Source: Phoronis australis | Taxonomy: Eukaryota; Animalia; Phoronida | Assembly: GCA_002633005.1 (NCBI GenBank) | Contig: NMRA01000107.1 | Coordinates: forward strand, 539,169 to 603,168 | DNA length: 64,000 nucleotides | Direction of reading: 5' to 3' | Shown here: positions 50,342 to 62,051 of the stretch, piece after piece | How the letters are laid out: every line of letters starts with the position of its first letter | Numbering within the stretch: position 1 is the first letter of the stretch | Notes under the pieces: generated by a model | The model's input: only the letters and a program-made list of their open reading frames with translations | What the model was told of the DNA's origin: nothing | Database searches by the model: none | Made by a program: the position numbers and the translations under genes

Positions 50342-51847
50342 TTAAGACCAAGTCATGCCATGACTTACAATTTTGCATAGTCTGAACAAATAGTAGAGTT
50401 CTTCCTTCAGTTCAGTGATCGTAAATCATCGTAACACTTAGCTATTTACCATCAGTGGCCAATGAAAATCAATTATTAAAAAACCTGGCAACTAATTTCT
50501 CACTTTGACTGTGTTAGTGGGTGCACAACATTTACTTTGCATACTGTGAACGTAGTTTTCAATTCAGTGAGCATTTCTCGTTCCTGTGAGTGTGTAACAT
50601 TGACATGAGGTAAATTTCATTTGAGACACATATTACCTAGCTCAGGATTTAGCTGTCTGTCTATGCTGGCCCTAAGATGTTAGGTACTACATCTAATTTC
50701 CTAACCAGAAATGTTGAATGGTTCATTCCAGTTGACATTTGAACTGCCAGTAACCACAGGTCCTGGACATTTATTACTGTCTTTTGTTTGAGGATTAGGA
50801 AACATACATAAATTGTTTGTACTGCCTCTAGACAATCACAAATGAACACACAGGATAGGCTCTTTTTGACACTGCAGTTTATAAAAACTCATTAAAAGTT
50901 GAAATGTCGAGACAGGATGAATTTAGACAATGTGGAAACAGGCAAAGCACTTTAAAATACTGTATTTTAAAGTGACCTGTTTCTACATTAAAAGTTGAGC
51001 CTCTTTGAGTGACGAAAACAGTTGAGTTCTCACGACCAAATATCGTGCATACGAAAATGCCGTGCCAACATGTTGATGTACTTCTGCCTTCCCTGGTTCA
51101 GCTTTCTTTTTCGGAGGTAGGAAAGTGCAATGTATCGTTGACCCAGCTTTTGAAATGAAGGGCCGCTAACACAGTTTGAGTCGGACAAGTGAAGAATGAT
51201 TTATGATGCCCATCACTTGGTATTTTTGGTCTGTAATTTATTACATTATCGTAAAACGTTTAAGGCAGAACATTTTGGGAAAATACGACAGAATGAGAGA
51301 GGTACTGTGGTAATGCATCATGAAGTGTCCATTTGCAGTACTGTGCCTAGGTTAGTGACCTATAGAGGACGCCAGCAGATGAGAATTGTTGTCCAAATTG
51401 CAGAATTGTCGGTAAATTTTACGTATTAATTCATTTCATGGTGAATGACACCCACACTGTTTTGCTTAATTAGACATTGGAGCTTTCAAACATAGCATGT
51501 GCAAAATGTAAGCAAAATTGTGTTTCATGATCAACCATGATTTATGCACTTTGACTTACAGTTTGCAAGAACGGCTTCAATTGGAATCTGAGATCAACTG
51601 GTAACTGCCACATGTTAAGGTCGCACAGGTATTGTATACTAAAACATGACTTAAAAGTCATCCATTTACCAAAGGCCATATTACTGGATTGATTTCCTTT
51701 AGTGACTTTCATAAGTAGCTCTCTCATTCAGTGCCTTCGCTTGCATTGTGCGAATGTATATATGCATTAAAACTAAGTAACTTTTCTCTGTCTACAATTT
51801 GTGCATATTCAAGAAAAAATGTGAAGTGATTTTTTTCAGTTGTGACC

Positions 51848-52609
51848 ATGGATCCCGATACATTGAGTAAGCCGCATTACCTTCCGACCGTCTCCATCAT
51901 TGATGAACTGTCTTCGGACATAATAAAGTCTGTGGTGTTGTTCACATGGGACAATATTCTGGGACCAAAAGCATTGCATATTTGGAATGGCATCTCCAAT
52001 TATTTGACAATAGAAGGAACTGCTGATGCTTTTTCTAGTGGCTATCCTGCAAGTAGTCCGCCATCATATTCATTCACTGACAAAGGCCAAATTTGTGCAA
52101 AACAGCAGACGTCAAATTCCTCTGGACAGTTACATAGTAGTGACCTTGACGGGCAGCCTGACAAGAGGGCTTGTGTTGCTGCTGTTGCTGATGGAAAGGA
52201 GAATGAACGTAGCGTGGAATTGGTTTATGACATGTGTTCAGAGTGCTCAGGGAAGGGGAGTGATAGTATCAGTGAGTATAGTTCTGAGGTGTCATCGATC
52301 TCAACTAGTGCAGATGGCACACTGATCACTCAGGACCTCCTCAACTTCTCCGCTAGACTTATCCTCAATGGAGAAATTTGCAAAGACTGGAATTCTGGCA
52401 ACGTGGATCGTAAGTTGGTCACTTTGACTGACAGAGGTGTTGTCATCAGCGCGTTTACATTTGCTGTAGGGACCTTCGCTGGACTCTCAATTCATTCACT
52501 GGCATTATTCATACCCTACGAAGAGTTACAGTCATATCTGGCTATACAGCGATTGGTTGCTTCATGGATGGAGCGCCTGTCGCGCAAGCTAGGAGTTTTC
52601 CTTGAAAAG
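51848..52609 (+). CDS. C9orf72: C9orf72 coding exon 1
   Basis: Acceptor at 51839, ACCATGG start, WDNILGPKALHIW...LNGEI; AAG|GTAACA donor. Confidence 0.92.
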
Positions 52610-55600
52610 GTAACAGACTTTGTGTTTGCCTATCTTCAGTGTCTGTGTCAACTGTTTGGGACTGTGTTGCTTATCTCAGTGTCAGTGCCATCTGTTTGTG
52701 ACTCTGTGTTTACTTTTCTCAGTGTTGACTGTGACTTTATGTTCGCTTATCTCAGTGTCAGTGTCAACTGTTTATGATTTTATTGCATAACAATGCCATA
52801 ACTATTTCATGTGCAATTATCTCTACCACTAACTTTAAAATTAGCGCGTAAGACGTTTACAAGTAAACAAAGAAATATTGATCCGACATTTTGGTTTATT
52901 GTTTTGGCCAAACAAATGTGATTCATTTCTACCATGACTGTTATTTTTTAGTTTTTCATATGTGTTTTTAAGCCATGTAACAACAGTCAAGTTTATGATG
53001 TGAATCCAATCATACACAAGCACTCAGTGCATTTGGTCCACACAGTATTCTTCGAAAACCAGGAAATAAATTCACAATTGCCACTTTAAAAAATTCTAAA
53101 ATGGTCTCCCCATTACTGTAAACATTTTGTTTTTTGATTAGATGCTTTATATTTCACAAAAACTATGCCGTGAGAGCAAGTATTTGCAAGTGTGTTTTGT
53201 GGACCTTGAGTAATTTTATTGACAGAGGTTATCTGATATATTGCCATAAAACACAAAATATGCAAAGATGTAATTTCGGGTACACAACATAGAGTGTCTG
53301 TGTGTGACTACAGTGGTGGTATGCATTCTTAATAGACTGACTTTCCCTCATTCTCATTTTTATGAATGTCGTGTCATGGAATGTGACAAGAAAAATGCTC
53401 ATTAAATGAACAATTTTGTATATGGACAAAATTGAATATTAAAATGTCTGCATATTGTTAATTAGATAATTGACACTTGTAAATATTTTGTAGAGTCCAT
53501 CTAGCATAGCAGCTGATGCTTTTACAGTGTACTTGGATAAATTTGCTGTGATGCTGTCTTCTCTAAACGAAGCTGGACTCCCCAATGAAATCAATGTATG
53601 TATGTGTTAGGTTCAGGTCTGTGGAATCCCTCCAGTAGACCAGGCGAGGTTCTCAGATATTATGACTTTGTATTCCTGATATTTTTTGTTGCTGGCATCT
53701 GCAAGCCAATTACAGATCAGCTCATGAAAAGGAGCTTGAATCTCATTTGCTATCAACAGTAATTGTCAAATCGGGATACAAAATGAAAAACTACATTTTT
53801 GACAAGTTTCGACTTTCCATGTGTGGCTTGCGGGTTGTGTTACAAAAACTTACAATATATTAGTCATTATGATCACTTCCCCTTATCAATGGTACAACGT
53901 ATTATGTATTATCTGTCCTCAACTGAGCACCATCTGCCATCTACCTGCTTCTTCCAGCTCAGTTCCTCCAGTCCTTTCTTTGTCTCCCCTCCGCTCCCCG
54001 TCTTTACTCTCTTCCCTCCTTCCTCCATTCCACCCTTTCCTTCTATCCACCTACCACCTATCTCCCCGCGTACTCCCTCCATCTCCTCATACCCGTCCAC
54101 TTCTCATATTCCCTCCACCTCCTCTCGTATTTCCTCCACCTCCCCATGCACTCCCTCCACCTCCCCTCATTCTCCCTCCACCTCCCCTTATTCTCCCTCC
54201 ACGTCTATGGGCAGCGAAAAGATTCAAAATAGACACCAGTGCCAAATAAACAAGTGGTTTGACAAACAGACAAGTGGTTTGCTAAACAGACAAGTGATTC
54301 GTCAAATAAACAGGTCAAGAATGCTATGGTTTTCCAAACAGACAAGTCAACTTTGCAGATTTTGTCGGATAAACAAGTGCCTACTGTTGAACAAACAAGT
54401 AAGTTGGCAAATGATTAAGTAGGTTACCAAACAGACAAGTAACCTTGTAGGCTCAACTTGTCGAACAGACAAGTCATCTGTTAAATGAACAAGACAAACA
54501 CGGCAAACGAACAGAGGGCGCCACTTGAAAACGAATGACGTCACGGAGTATCAATCTGACTGATCCCCAAACCTGCATTATGTTATTGCAAATAAAGGTA
54601 ACTCAAACTGTAGCTACCGAGGTGTTTAATTTCCAACGATATTTTGAGAAACATGATTGAAGAAAGTGACATAAACGGAGTTTTTCAAACTTTAAAACAA
54701 AAAGTATGTTGTGTAAATGCAAAACTAACTTCGTTAGTACGGCGAATACAGGACTACATCAATTTCAACTTTCGTCAAAGAGGAAGATAACCCAGTAATA
54801 TGCAATCACAAAGTAACAAACCTGATCACACATGATTGCATGTCATAATATTAACGGTTTGACTTCAAATTATGGAATAATGATTAATTGGCCGGGTGGC
54901 CGAACCAAGCTTTGAATACCTGTTTACATACGTGGCCGTGATAGACCACCAAAACAACTTTTTGGTATTTTTGTGCTCATTGCGGGGCTCATGACTTCGT
55001 GACGTCAACTATTTCTTGAGTTGGGACAGTGCCCTCTTTCCTGTCTGTTCGACTACTACGTCTGTTTGGCAAGACCAACATGTTCATTTGACTTGACTAA
55101 CCTGTCTGTTTGATAGAAGTGACCTGTTTGTTCGACAAGTAACCTGTTCGTTCGGTGCAACTAACTTGTTCGTTCGCTAAATAACCTGTCTGTTTGTCGA
55201 AAATAAACCAAATAACCTGTCTGTTTGTCAAAATTTAACCAAATAACCTGTCTGTTTGCCACAACTGAACAAATAACCTGTCTGTTTAAAAAGTAACTTG
55301 TTTATTTGGCAGTGTTGTCTATTTTGAACCTTTTCGCTGCCCGTACACGTCCCCTCGCATTCCCTCTACCTTCCTTCATTCTCCCTCCACCTCTCCTCGT
55401 ACTCCCTCCACTTCCCTCATACTCCCTCATACTCCCTGCACCTCTCCTCATACTCCCTGCACCTCTCCTCGTACTCCCTCCACCTCCCCTCCTACTCCCT
55501 CCACCTCCCCTAGTACTCATTCCAGCTCTCCTACTCCCTCCACCTTCCCACGTTCTCCCCCATCTCCTCTTTTTTCTTCCTCTGTTTTTATTCGTCCTCC

Positions 55601-58600
55601 TTACCTCTTACTCCTCTCTCCATTTTGATTCATTGTTTAGTAATGTTACATTAATGTTTTCAGTTGTCCGACACTGTATTCTCAAACTGTGATCAAAATC
55701 AGGATGACCCTTACAGCTCTAAGTTTCTGCGTCGTGCCATTTCCTCTCATATTATGACATGCGGCCACTCGCTCATCGTTGGGGAAGACCCACGTTCAAT
55801 GAACAAGGTAACACTGTAGTCTGGCCAACATCCAGTCATAACAGTAAGGTCTGGTGAAGTAGTGCACCCTTACAGATAAGGCACAATAACTTTGCGAATT
55901 GACTATACATAAACAAGTGATAGCTTTTAACAAAGCAGTACATAGCAGGATCTGTAAGCCTTATCAGCTTTATAGCTTCCATATCATCTAAAATGTGGGT
56001 CAGCATTGTTCTGGCTTATTACTGTTTTTCTTTTTTAAATTGGAACAGTTCCTATCTCTCATTGTGCAAAGAAGTCATATGTCTGCAACATGGACTCTGT
56101 TGTGGTTTACCTGGCTGGAACTGTATTTGAATATTTTGTTTACATTGTCAACAGACTTCATTAGTATTCATGAACTTGCTCTCTCTTACAACTGCAAAAC
56201 CAATGATAAGTATGGGGGGTCAAAAACAGGGATTCCATGAAATGTCTACTTCTTTAACTTTGTATATCATAGGTAATATAACTTGCTTGTGCCTTCTTTC
56301 AGCTTATTGCAACTCTGGCAATGTTTAACACAAAACCGGAGCGCAAGTCGTCGCGGTTTGTGGTACAGGATAGATTGTGGCCATATCACCATGATCTCTG
56401 TCTGCAGGGGGTGATCAAGGTAAATATATTTTAATTATTGTGGTAAAATGTGGATGTCATGGAACTGGTTTGTCATCTTGTGAAGGAGGTCTTTATCATC
56501 TTGTTCAAGGTTGGGAAGAGGTAAATAGATGGACTGTAGGCAAAGAGGTCCATAAATCTTTGAGTGAGTGGGTGGGTTTGTGTGGCTAATCAGGGGCGTT
56601 GTAGGTGAATGTTTTTCATACTTTTATGCCCTCACACGCATGTTTGGGTATATTTTGCCGTCGTCCCTTACTAATGAGATTTGGCAGATCTGTTCTTATA
56701 AAGCTGATGAAGGATCATGAAGAGTTTCAGACCTTCTGACTACCACTGTGCCACCTAGTGGCAATTTTATTTTTTTATGTTTGCCCCTGTATCCTTGGAG
56801 TTCCTTGACATATTTTTTAAAATTGGAAAAATACTATTACTTGAAGGAGACAATGACGTCTTTTCATTTAGGGGCTGATTTGAAAAATTCTGTATCACCT
56901 GATGGTCATTTTCATTATTTTATTTAGAGTCTTTTTTGGGCATTTTCATTATTTTGGAGTCTGTGTTTGGCCAGTGTGCTCCTGCTGAGACGACTATTTA
57001 TGTCATTTCTTTTAGAGCAGCCTGTCTACTGTGGTATCCTAAGGTAGCAGTTTTGCTATTTTTGCGCTCTCGGTTATATCTCCTTAACTATGAAATTTGG
57101 CAAGTGTTTTCGTATTAATGTGGCAACAGATGATTACGACGTTTGGATGGATCTGACTACTGTTGTGCCACCTAATGGCAGTTTTAATTTTTTACATTTA
57201 CCTCTATATTTGGAATTCTTCAACACATTTTCATGAAGTGGTGAAGTCTTTTTGTTTATGTTCAGATTCCACAGATTCTGCATCACCTAGTGTCCATTTT
57301 TAGTATTTTGCGTCCATTTTTGACATTCATCTTGATCTGGCAAAGTGCTTGAAGGAACATTATGAAAATTGCTGACATTGGCTGACATTAATTTTTAGAC
57401 TTTGTCTGGCTACTGACTGCCCCCTTAGTGGAAATTTTGTGTGTGTGTTTTGCGTCTGGGGCTCTATCTCTTTTAATCTTCGCATGATCCTTGTGAAATT
57501 AGTCCAGAATTTTTCAGATAACCACATCTTTTTTGATGGCTTATGGAGACTACTGTACTTTTCAATTTTTGGACAGATTTTACTGATTATGTACCACACA
57601 GTGTCCATTTTTATTATTTTTTCTGCCTCAGTCTGTGTCAGTCAAACAGTTCAGTGGATCATTAGGATGTGATCCTACTAACAAGAGCATGACTCACGTT
57701 GATTTTCGGATGAGTTCGACTACTTTGGCATATTTTTTGCATCAGCTTCCATTTCCTTGCAGGAATCTTTGTAAAATTTGGCAAGGTTAGTGTATTTTAA
57801 AAACTTGACTGCAGATGACGACTTTTGTTAGACTGATCTGGCTACCTCTGTGCCTCCTAGTGGCAATCCGTTTTTATTTTAACTTTGCCTCTGTATCTTC
57901 AGAGGTCCTTGATGGATTTTCATGAAATTTGGCAAATTGTTACCAATTGGAGAGACAACGATGGCTTCTCATTTTTGGATGGGTTCTGCACCATTTTTAT
58001 GACATTAATTAACACCCCTAGAAGCCCTTTGAAGTGAAGTTGTTGGCACATTTCAACAACGTTGCTGTTGTTTTAAATGTACACGCCAAAGCACAAAAAG
58101 TGTGTAAATTGATGTGAAGCGTAATGTTCAAAGGGATTTTTTGTGATTTCTTAATTTTAAGAAAATGACCGAGTATTGCCATGGAAACGTGGTCACAGTG
58201 TGCAGGAATTTTTTGCAAACAATTTGTACTTCTCAAATATTAGCCGTTTTGAATGTTAACATTCTACTGCATACATACACTGCTTTGGTGTGCAGCTCCA
58301 AATACCAGTCTTGTTTTAATGTTGACATTCTATTGTGCATATCCATTGCTTGAGTGATGACTGTTTTCCACTACACGTGCTGGTTTGTTCTCTAAACTTG
58401 TGACTGCATGGCTGACTCCAAGGTATCTACTCTAGGAGAATTCCCACGAGGTCAATATCCCTACTGAGGAGATTTACTGCAGCGAGTTCCCTACTTCCAT
58501 CATAGATGTCTCCACCCGCGAGGTCCGGCAATCTCTGCCATGCCATGAGCACAATTTCCGTCGCTATGAGATTTGTAAACAGGAGATAATCAACCTCTAT

Positions 58601-60948
58601 ACTGGCAAGTGTCAAGGGCTCAAACTGAGGACAAGGTAAGGCAATGGGTTTTCTCACAAAATGAGTTTGCTGTTCAGGTACTATAAAACCTCTGTGACTG
58701 GTAGTGTTATAATCATGGTTTGACTTAGTTACATTGAACATCTTAAGTTATGTAAGTGAGTTTGTATGAAAAGTGACACGAATCTGGTAGCAGAACTAAA
58801 ATATTTGATGTCTTTTTGCGCATTGGAGGTTGTTATGCATCTAAGGTGATATAGCTCAAACTCATCATTTGAGAATTACAAAACAAGTTGTCCCATTACA
58901 CTAATGACAGGAAATTAAAACAATTCCATGGCAGTTTCTGTTGAAACACATGTGCGGAATCCGTTGTGGGCCTTGGAGAGCTTTCCTTCAGTTGACAAAT
59001 TGAGGTGTGGCCATGGAGTTTTTTTTCCATCCCCTGGATCGAGCAGAGGCACAGGCACTGTGTATGCAAACTTACTCGTGTGTACCAGAAAATAAGCTAG
59101 GTTCTAGATGAAATCTCTAAAGTTTTGTAAATTATTATTTCGTTTTATCCAACTTTTGATTTTTTTCAGGTAAATCTTAAAAGTGATACTTTTTCGCTAG
59201 CCCATCACACGTCAGTTTTTAAAACAATTACTAATGGTGCATAAAACATAGTAACTGAGAGTTTCATAGGAGTCCGATCTGTCATTTTTGAGATATGACG
59301 TTCTGAATTTAGCCAAATTTGGATATTTTTATAGGGACCGACATAACTTTAGCTGTCTCTTTACTTTCCAGTGAGATGTTCTCAGTTTCTGATTCCCCTG
59401 AAGAGTTAGTTGGGAACCTGTTGCGTGAGGTAAGTACAGTAAAATAGTTTAGGGCACAGTGACATTTTTCATAAAAAATAGGAAGCAACGTTATGTTCTG
59501 TCACTTCTATACCAAAGCTACCATCCAGCAATGTTTTGAGAACTTGTGAGCATTCACAGTAATATAAGAAGCCTTTGAAAAATAGAAAAAGGCAGTTTTG
59601 GCCGTTCTTTCATAGTCCAAAATTGGTGATATTATACCATTACTATTAGTCATTACTAGTGCATTGCATGTATCAAGAAATACTATGTCTGGCACCTTTG
59701 AGTTTTAGGAGTGGCATCAACTCGGCACGGTTATCAGGGTTCATGATTTTGGGTTGTGACCTCAAAACAACTGAAATCTTACTAACTGTCTGGTCAAATA
59801 ATTGGCTACTGTCATAGTAATCTCATTTGCAGTCAAGTGTCTGCTCATCGCACTTAAAGGCTCAGCTTCAATATTTTTGGGGCCAAGTCACCAGAATCCC
59901 TTTCACTGTAATGTTTAGAATGGGACCGTTGGATTCTGTGGTGTGACTAGACACTGGATCCCTCCTACATCCCAAGACATTCAGTTTATCATTGGAAAGA
60001 GGAATTTGCACTTCATCACGTCTTTTGTATACCATTGTGCTTGTTTTTGTTCTGGGGTGTAACCTTTTGTTTTATTTTCATACGGTGGTCATTTAGCATT
60101 TCTAGTTACACACAGACATAGACTGAATAAACTTCAATGTTAACTTCAATGGGAAGATCCATTGCCATTATGTAAACTGATTTATTCCAGTTGACCTAAT
60201 TAACACTGCATTATGTACATATTATCAACAGATCTCCTTTCTGCCCAGTGAAGATCATATTGTCCAGTCATACATTGATCACTTCATGCTGTTACTTCAA
60301 AGGAAGGCAGTAGCCTTCGCCTCTTACCTCGAGAAGGAAACGTAAGTTTGATCAAATTGATAGCATTAAAATCTTAGCATTTCCAAAGCACATCTGCCAG
60401 CTGTTCTAGTTACGAGGCATATTGAGTGTGCATCCTCATTCTGTATGTTTACCGGTAGTGCGATTATATGGAATTCATTTCAAAAGTTCGCTCAATGTGA
60501 TGGTTCAATACTGATCTTGTTTACAAGCCTGGCGAGGATGTGAATCCAAAGTTCAAGTTAACTTTTCTCTTACTCATGTCCTCCTAATTTTGTAGATGAT
60601 GTAACAAAACACAGAATAGAATAAAATTAACATTACTAGTTCTTAACAGTGGTGTTAATCTAAAATTACTTGGTCTTTTCGTCTTAAAATGTGTTTACAA
60701 ATAACCAATTAGACCAGTTTGTCCCCGAGTATTGTTCATTGTAATTTATTTGATTCAGAAATGAAGGTCGTGTTCCACTGAAGTCGAGCTTAAAGTCAGT
60801 ACGAGAACAGTTCGGGTTGACGTTGGATGGTGATTTTTACATGGTGCTTGCTTGTGCAGAGAAATTAAACTGTGGTATGTTTGCATACTTGTTCGGTGAC
60901 CCAAAGGAGAAAAATGACGAGATGAGACGAATTATCGACAGCTTCTGA
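51848..60948 (+). CDS. C9orf72: C9orf72 orthologue (DENN-related, SMCR8/WDR41 complex subunit), 560 aa, 8 coding exons (gene span)
   Basis: Exons 51848-52609, 53494-53595, 55664-55807, 56303-56419, 58436-58635, 59372-59429, 60232-60341, 60759-60948 join in frame (1683 nt). Motifs WDNILGP..HIW, LNGEI, AISSHIMTCG, PCHEH, LLLQRKA and GDFYMVLACAEKL match human C9orf72 as recalled (WDNILGP, LNGEI, AISSHLQTCG, PPCHEH, LHRKA, GDLNIIMALAEKI). AATAAA near 61048 and 61779. Confidence 0.93.
52614..52775. repeat. Degenerate ~40-bp repeats right after the C9orf72 exon 1 donor
   Basis: Recurring GACT(T/C)TGTGTT...CTTATCTCAGTGTCAGTGTCAACTGTTT. Confidence 0.65.
53494..53595 (+). CDS. C9orf72: C9orf72 coding exon 2
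   Basis: SPSSIAADAFTVYLDKFAVMLSSLNEAGLPNEIN; TAG / GTATGT. Confidence 0.88.
53920..55625. repeat. CT-rich 21-bp minisatellite (CTCCCTCCACCTCCCCTCATA-like) split by a transposon
   Basis: Pyrimidine-rich repeats at 53920-54205 and 55346-55625. Confidence 0.8.
54206..55345. mobile_element. Non-autonomous DNA transposon with TAY...RTA ends and 6-bp TSD (IS3EU-like)
   Basis: ~50-bp TIRs TATGGGCAGCGAAAAGATTCAAAATAGACA / TGTCTATTTTGAACCTTTTCGCTGCCCGTA; CACGTC on both sides (54200-54205, 55346-55351); many subterminal AAACAGACA(A/G)G repeats, inverted between the two ends. Confidence 0.85.
55664..55807 (+). CDS. C9orf72: C9orf72 coding exon 3
   Basis: LSDTVF...FLRRAISSHIMTCGHSLIVGEDPRSMNK. Confidence 0.92.
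56303..56419 (+). CDS. C9orf72: C9orf72 coding exon 4
   Basis: LIATLAMFNTKPERKSSRF...LCLQGVIK. Confidence 0.92.
56620..58000 (+). mobile_element. Degenerate interspersed repeat, same family as 33100-34870
   Basis: Repeated GCCACCTAGTGGCAA and GAAATTTGGCA motifs. Confidence 0.4.
58436..58635 (+). CDS. C9orf72: C9orf72 coding exon 5
   Basis: ENSHEVNIP...FPTSIIDVSTREVRQSLPCHEH...; TAG / GTAAGG. Confidence 0.92.
59372..59429 (+). CDS. C9orf72: C9orf72 coding exon 6
   Basis: SEMFSVSDSPEELVGNLLRE; CAG / GTAAGT; phase 2 to phase 0. Confidence 0.88.
60232..60341 (+). CDS. C9orf72: C9orf72 coding exon 7
   Basis: ISFLPSEDHIVQSYIDHFMLLLQRKAVAFASYLEKET. Confidence 0.92.
60759..60948 (+). CDS. C9orf72: C9orf72 coding exon 8 (last)
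   Basis: NEGRVPLKSSLKSVREQFGLTLDGDFYMVLACAEKLNCGMFAYLFGDP...IIDSF*. Confidence 0.92.
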
Positions 60949-61704
60949 CACACTGCTCATTGTAAAGAACAAAGAAGAGAAGTTGTCAACTAACTACAAG
61001 TGCACAAGTTATTTTAACAGCTTATGTTTTTCTCTGTGCTGGATTGAAATAAAATTGACGCAATAGGACTTAGTCACGCGGTGTCAAAAAGTGTCGCGGT
61101 GATTCAAAACCAGATGTGAATGATTGCGTCACGCTGCACAGAGGTTTATACTTGAGTGTTTTGTATGAAGGAGATGGAGGTTCTCTCTGTAAAGGTGCTT
61201 TGAGAATTATATCGGCACTGCTGGACTGGAGGATATGCTCAGTGACAATTTAAAACATTTTTTGTTTGAAGTACATATCACTGCATTATAATGCAACATT
61301 GGGGTGGCATTCTTAATTCTCATTTTACTTGATTACATTGTGGACCGACTTGATTTCGATTGCTTCTATGGTGAGATTTGTGTCTACAAATTTTTGTTAT
61401 TCCAGATTGAAGTTGAACTAATTTTTGATGAATTTGAGTATGATGAGAGGATGTCAAACAAAATATTTCTGCTGATTCTGTCCTGGTATCACTTTGTTGT
61501 ATGGTATAATAACATGATTGTTCTGTTGTAGTACTGATTGGACTGACCTCTGTTGGAAAGATGTAGAGGTGTGTGTGAGGGCTTGTTACTATGTCCATCA
61601 GACATAGGTGTAATCACCACGTACACTGTATTGAAGTATACATATCTGAGACTGCATAGTCAAATGGTGCTTAAGGAGGTGTAATATATTAAATAGTCAT
61701 GCAT

Positions 61705-61733
61705 TCATACATACATACATACATACATACATA
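61705..61733. repeat. (CATA)n microsatellite
   Basis: About seven units. Confidence 0.9.
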
Positions 61734-61972
61734 TGTAGTTGTTTATTTCTTTGTTAAACTAGGCCTCTGGTCTACATGAAATAAATTTGGATCACTAAAT
61801 CAGAACCAGAGATGTTTATTATATGTAAGCCTTGGCACCATAATACAATTTGCAATGCAACTATATCTTGATAAAAGTTCAGCTATTGCCACTGTTGCTC
61901 TTGAAGTATAGAGCACCAGGCTTTTAGTTCACAACAATCCTTATCTGTCATTTTTGTCAACACATTTTGGCG

Positions 61973-62051
61973 CACATCACCCAGGACAGGGCAGTGGCAC
62001 ATCACCCAGGACAGGGCAGTGGCACGTCACCCAGGACAGGGCAGTGGCACA
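61973..62051. repeat. 25-bp x3 tandem repeat
   Basis: CAC(A/G)TCACCCAGGACAGGGCAGTGG, three copies. Confidence 0.9.

Noticed and set aside
45400-51840. GGGGCC hexanucleotide repeat in the C9orf72 5' region, as in human ALS/FTD
   Set aside because: None seen; only simple G runs (~46273, ~48505).
53799-55692. Pro/Ser-rich and Gly/Arg-rich ORFs of 128-207 aa
   Set aside because: Translations of a CT minisatellite and transposon TIRs inside a C9orf72 intron.
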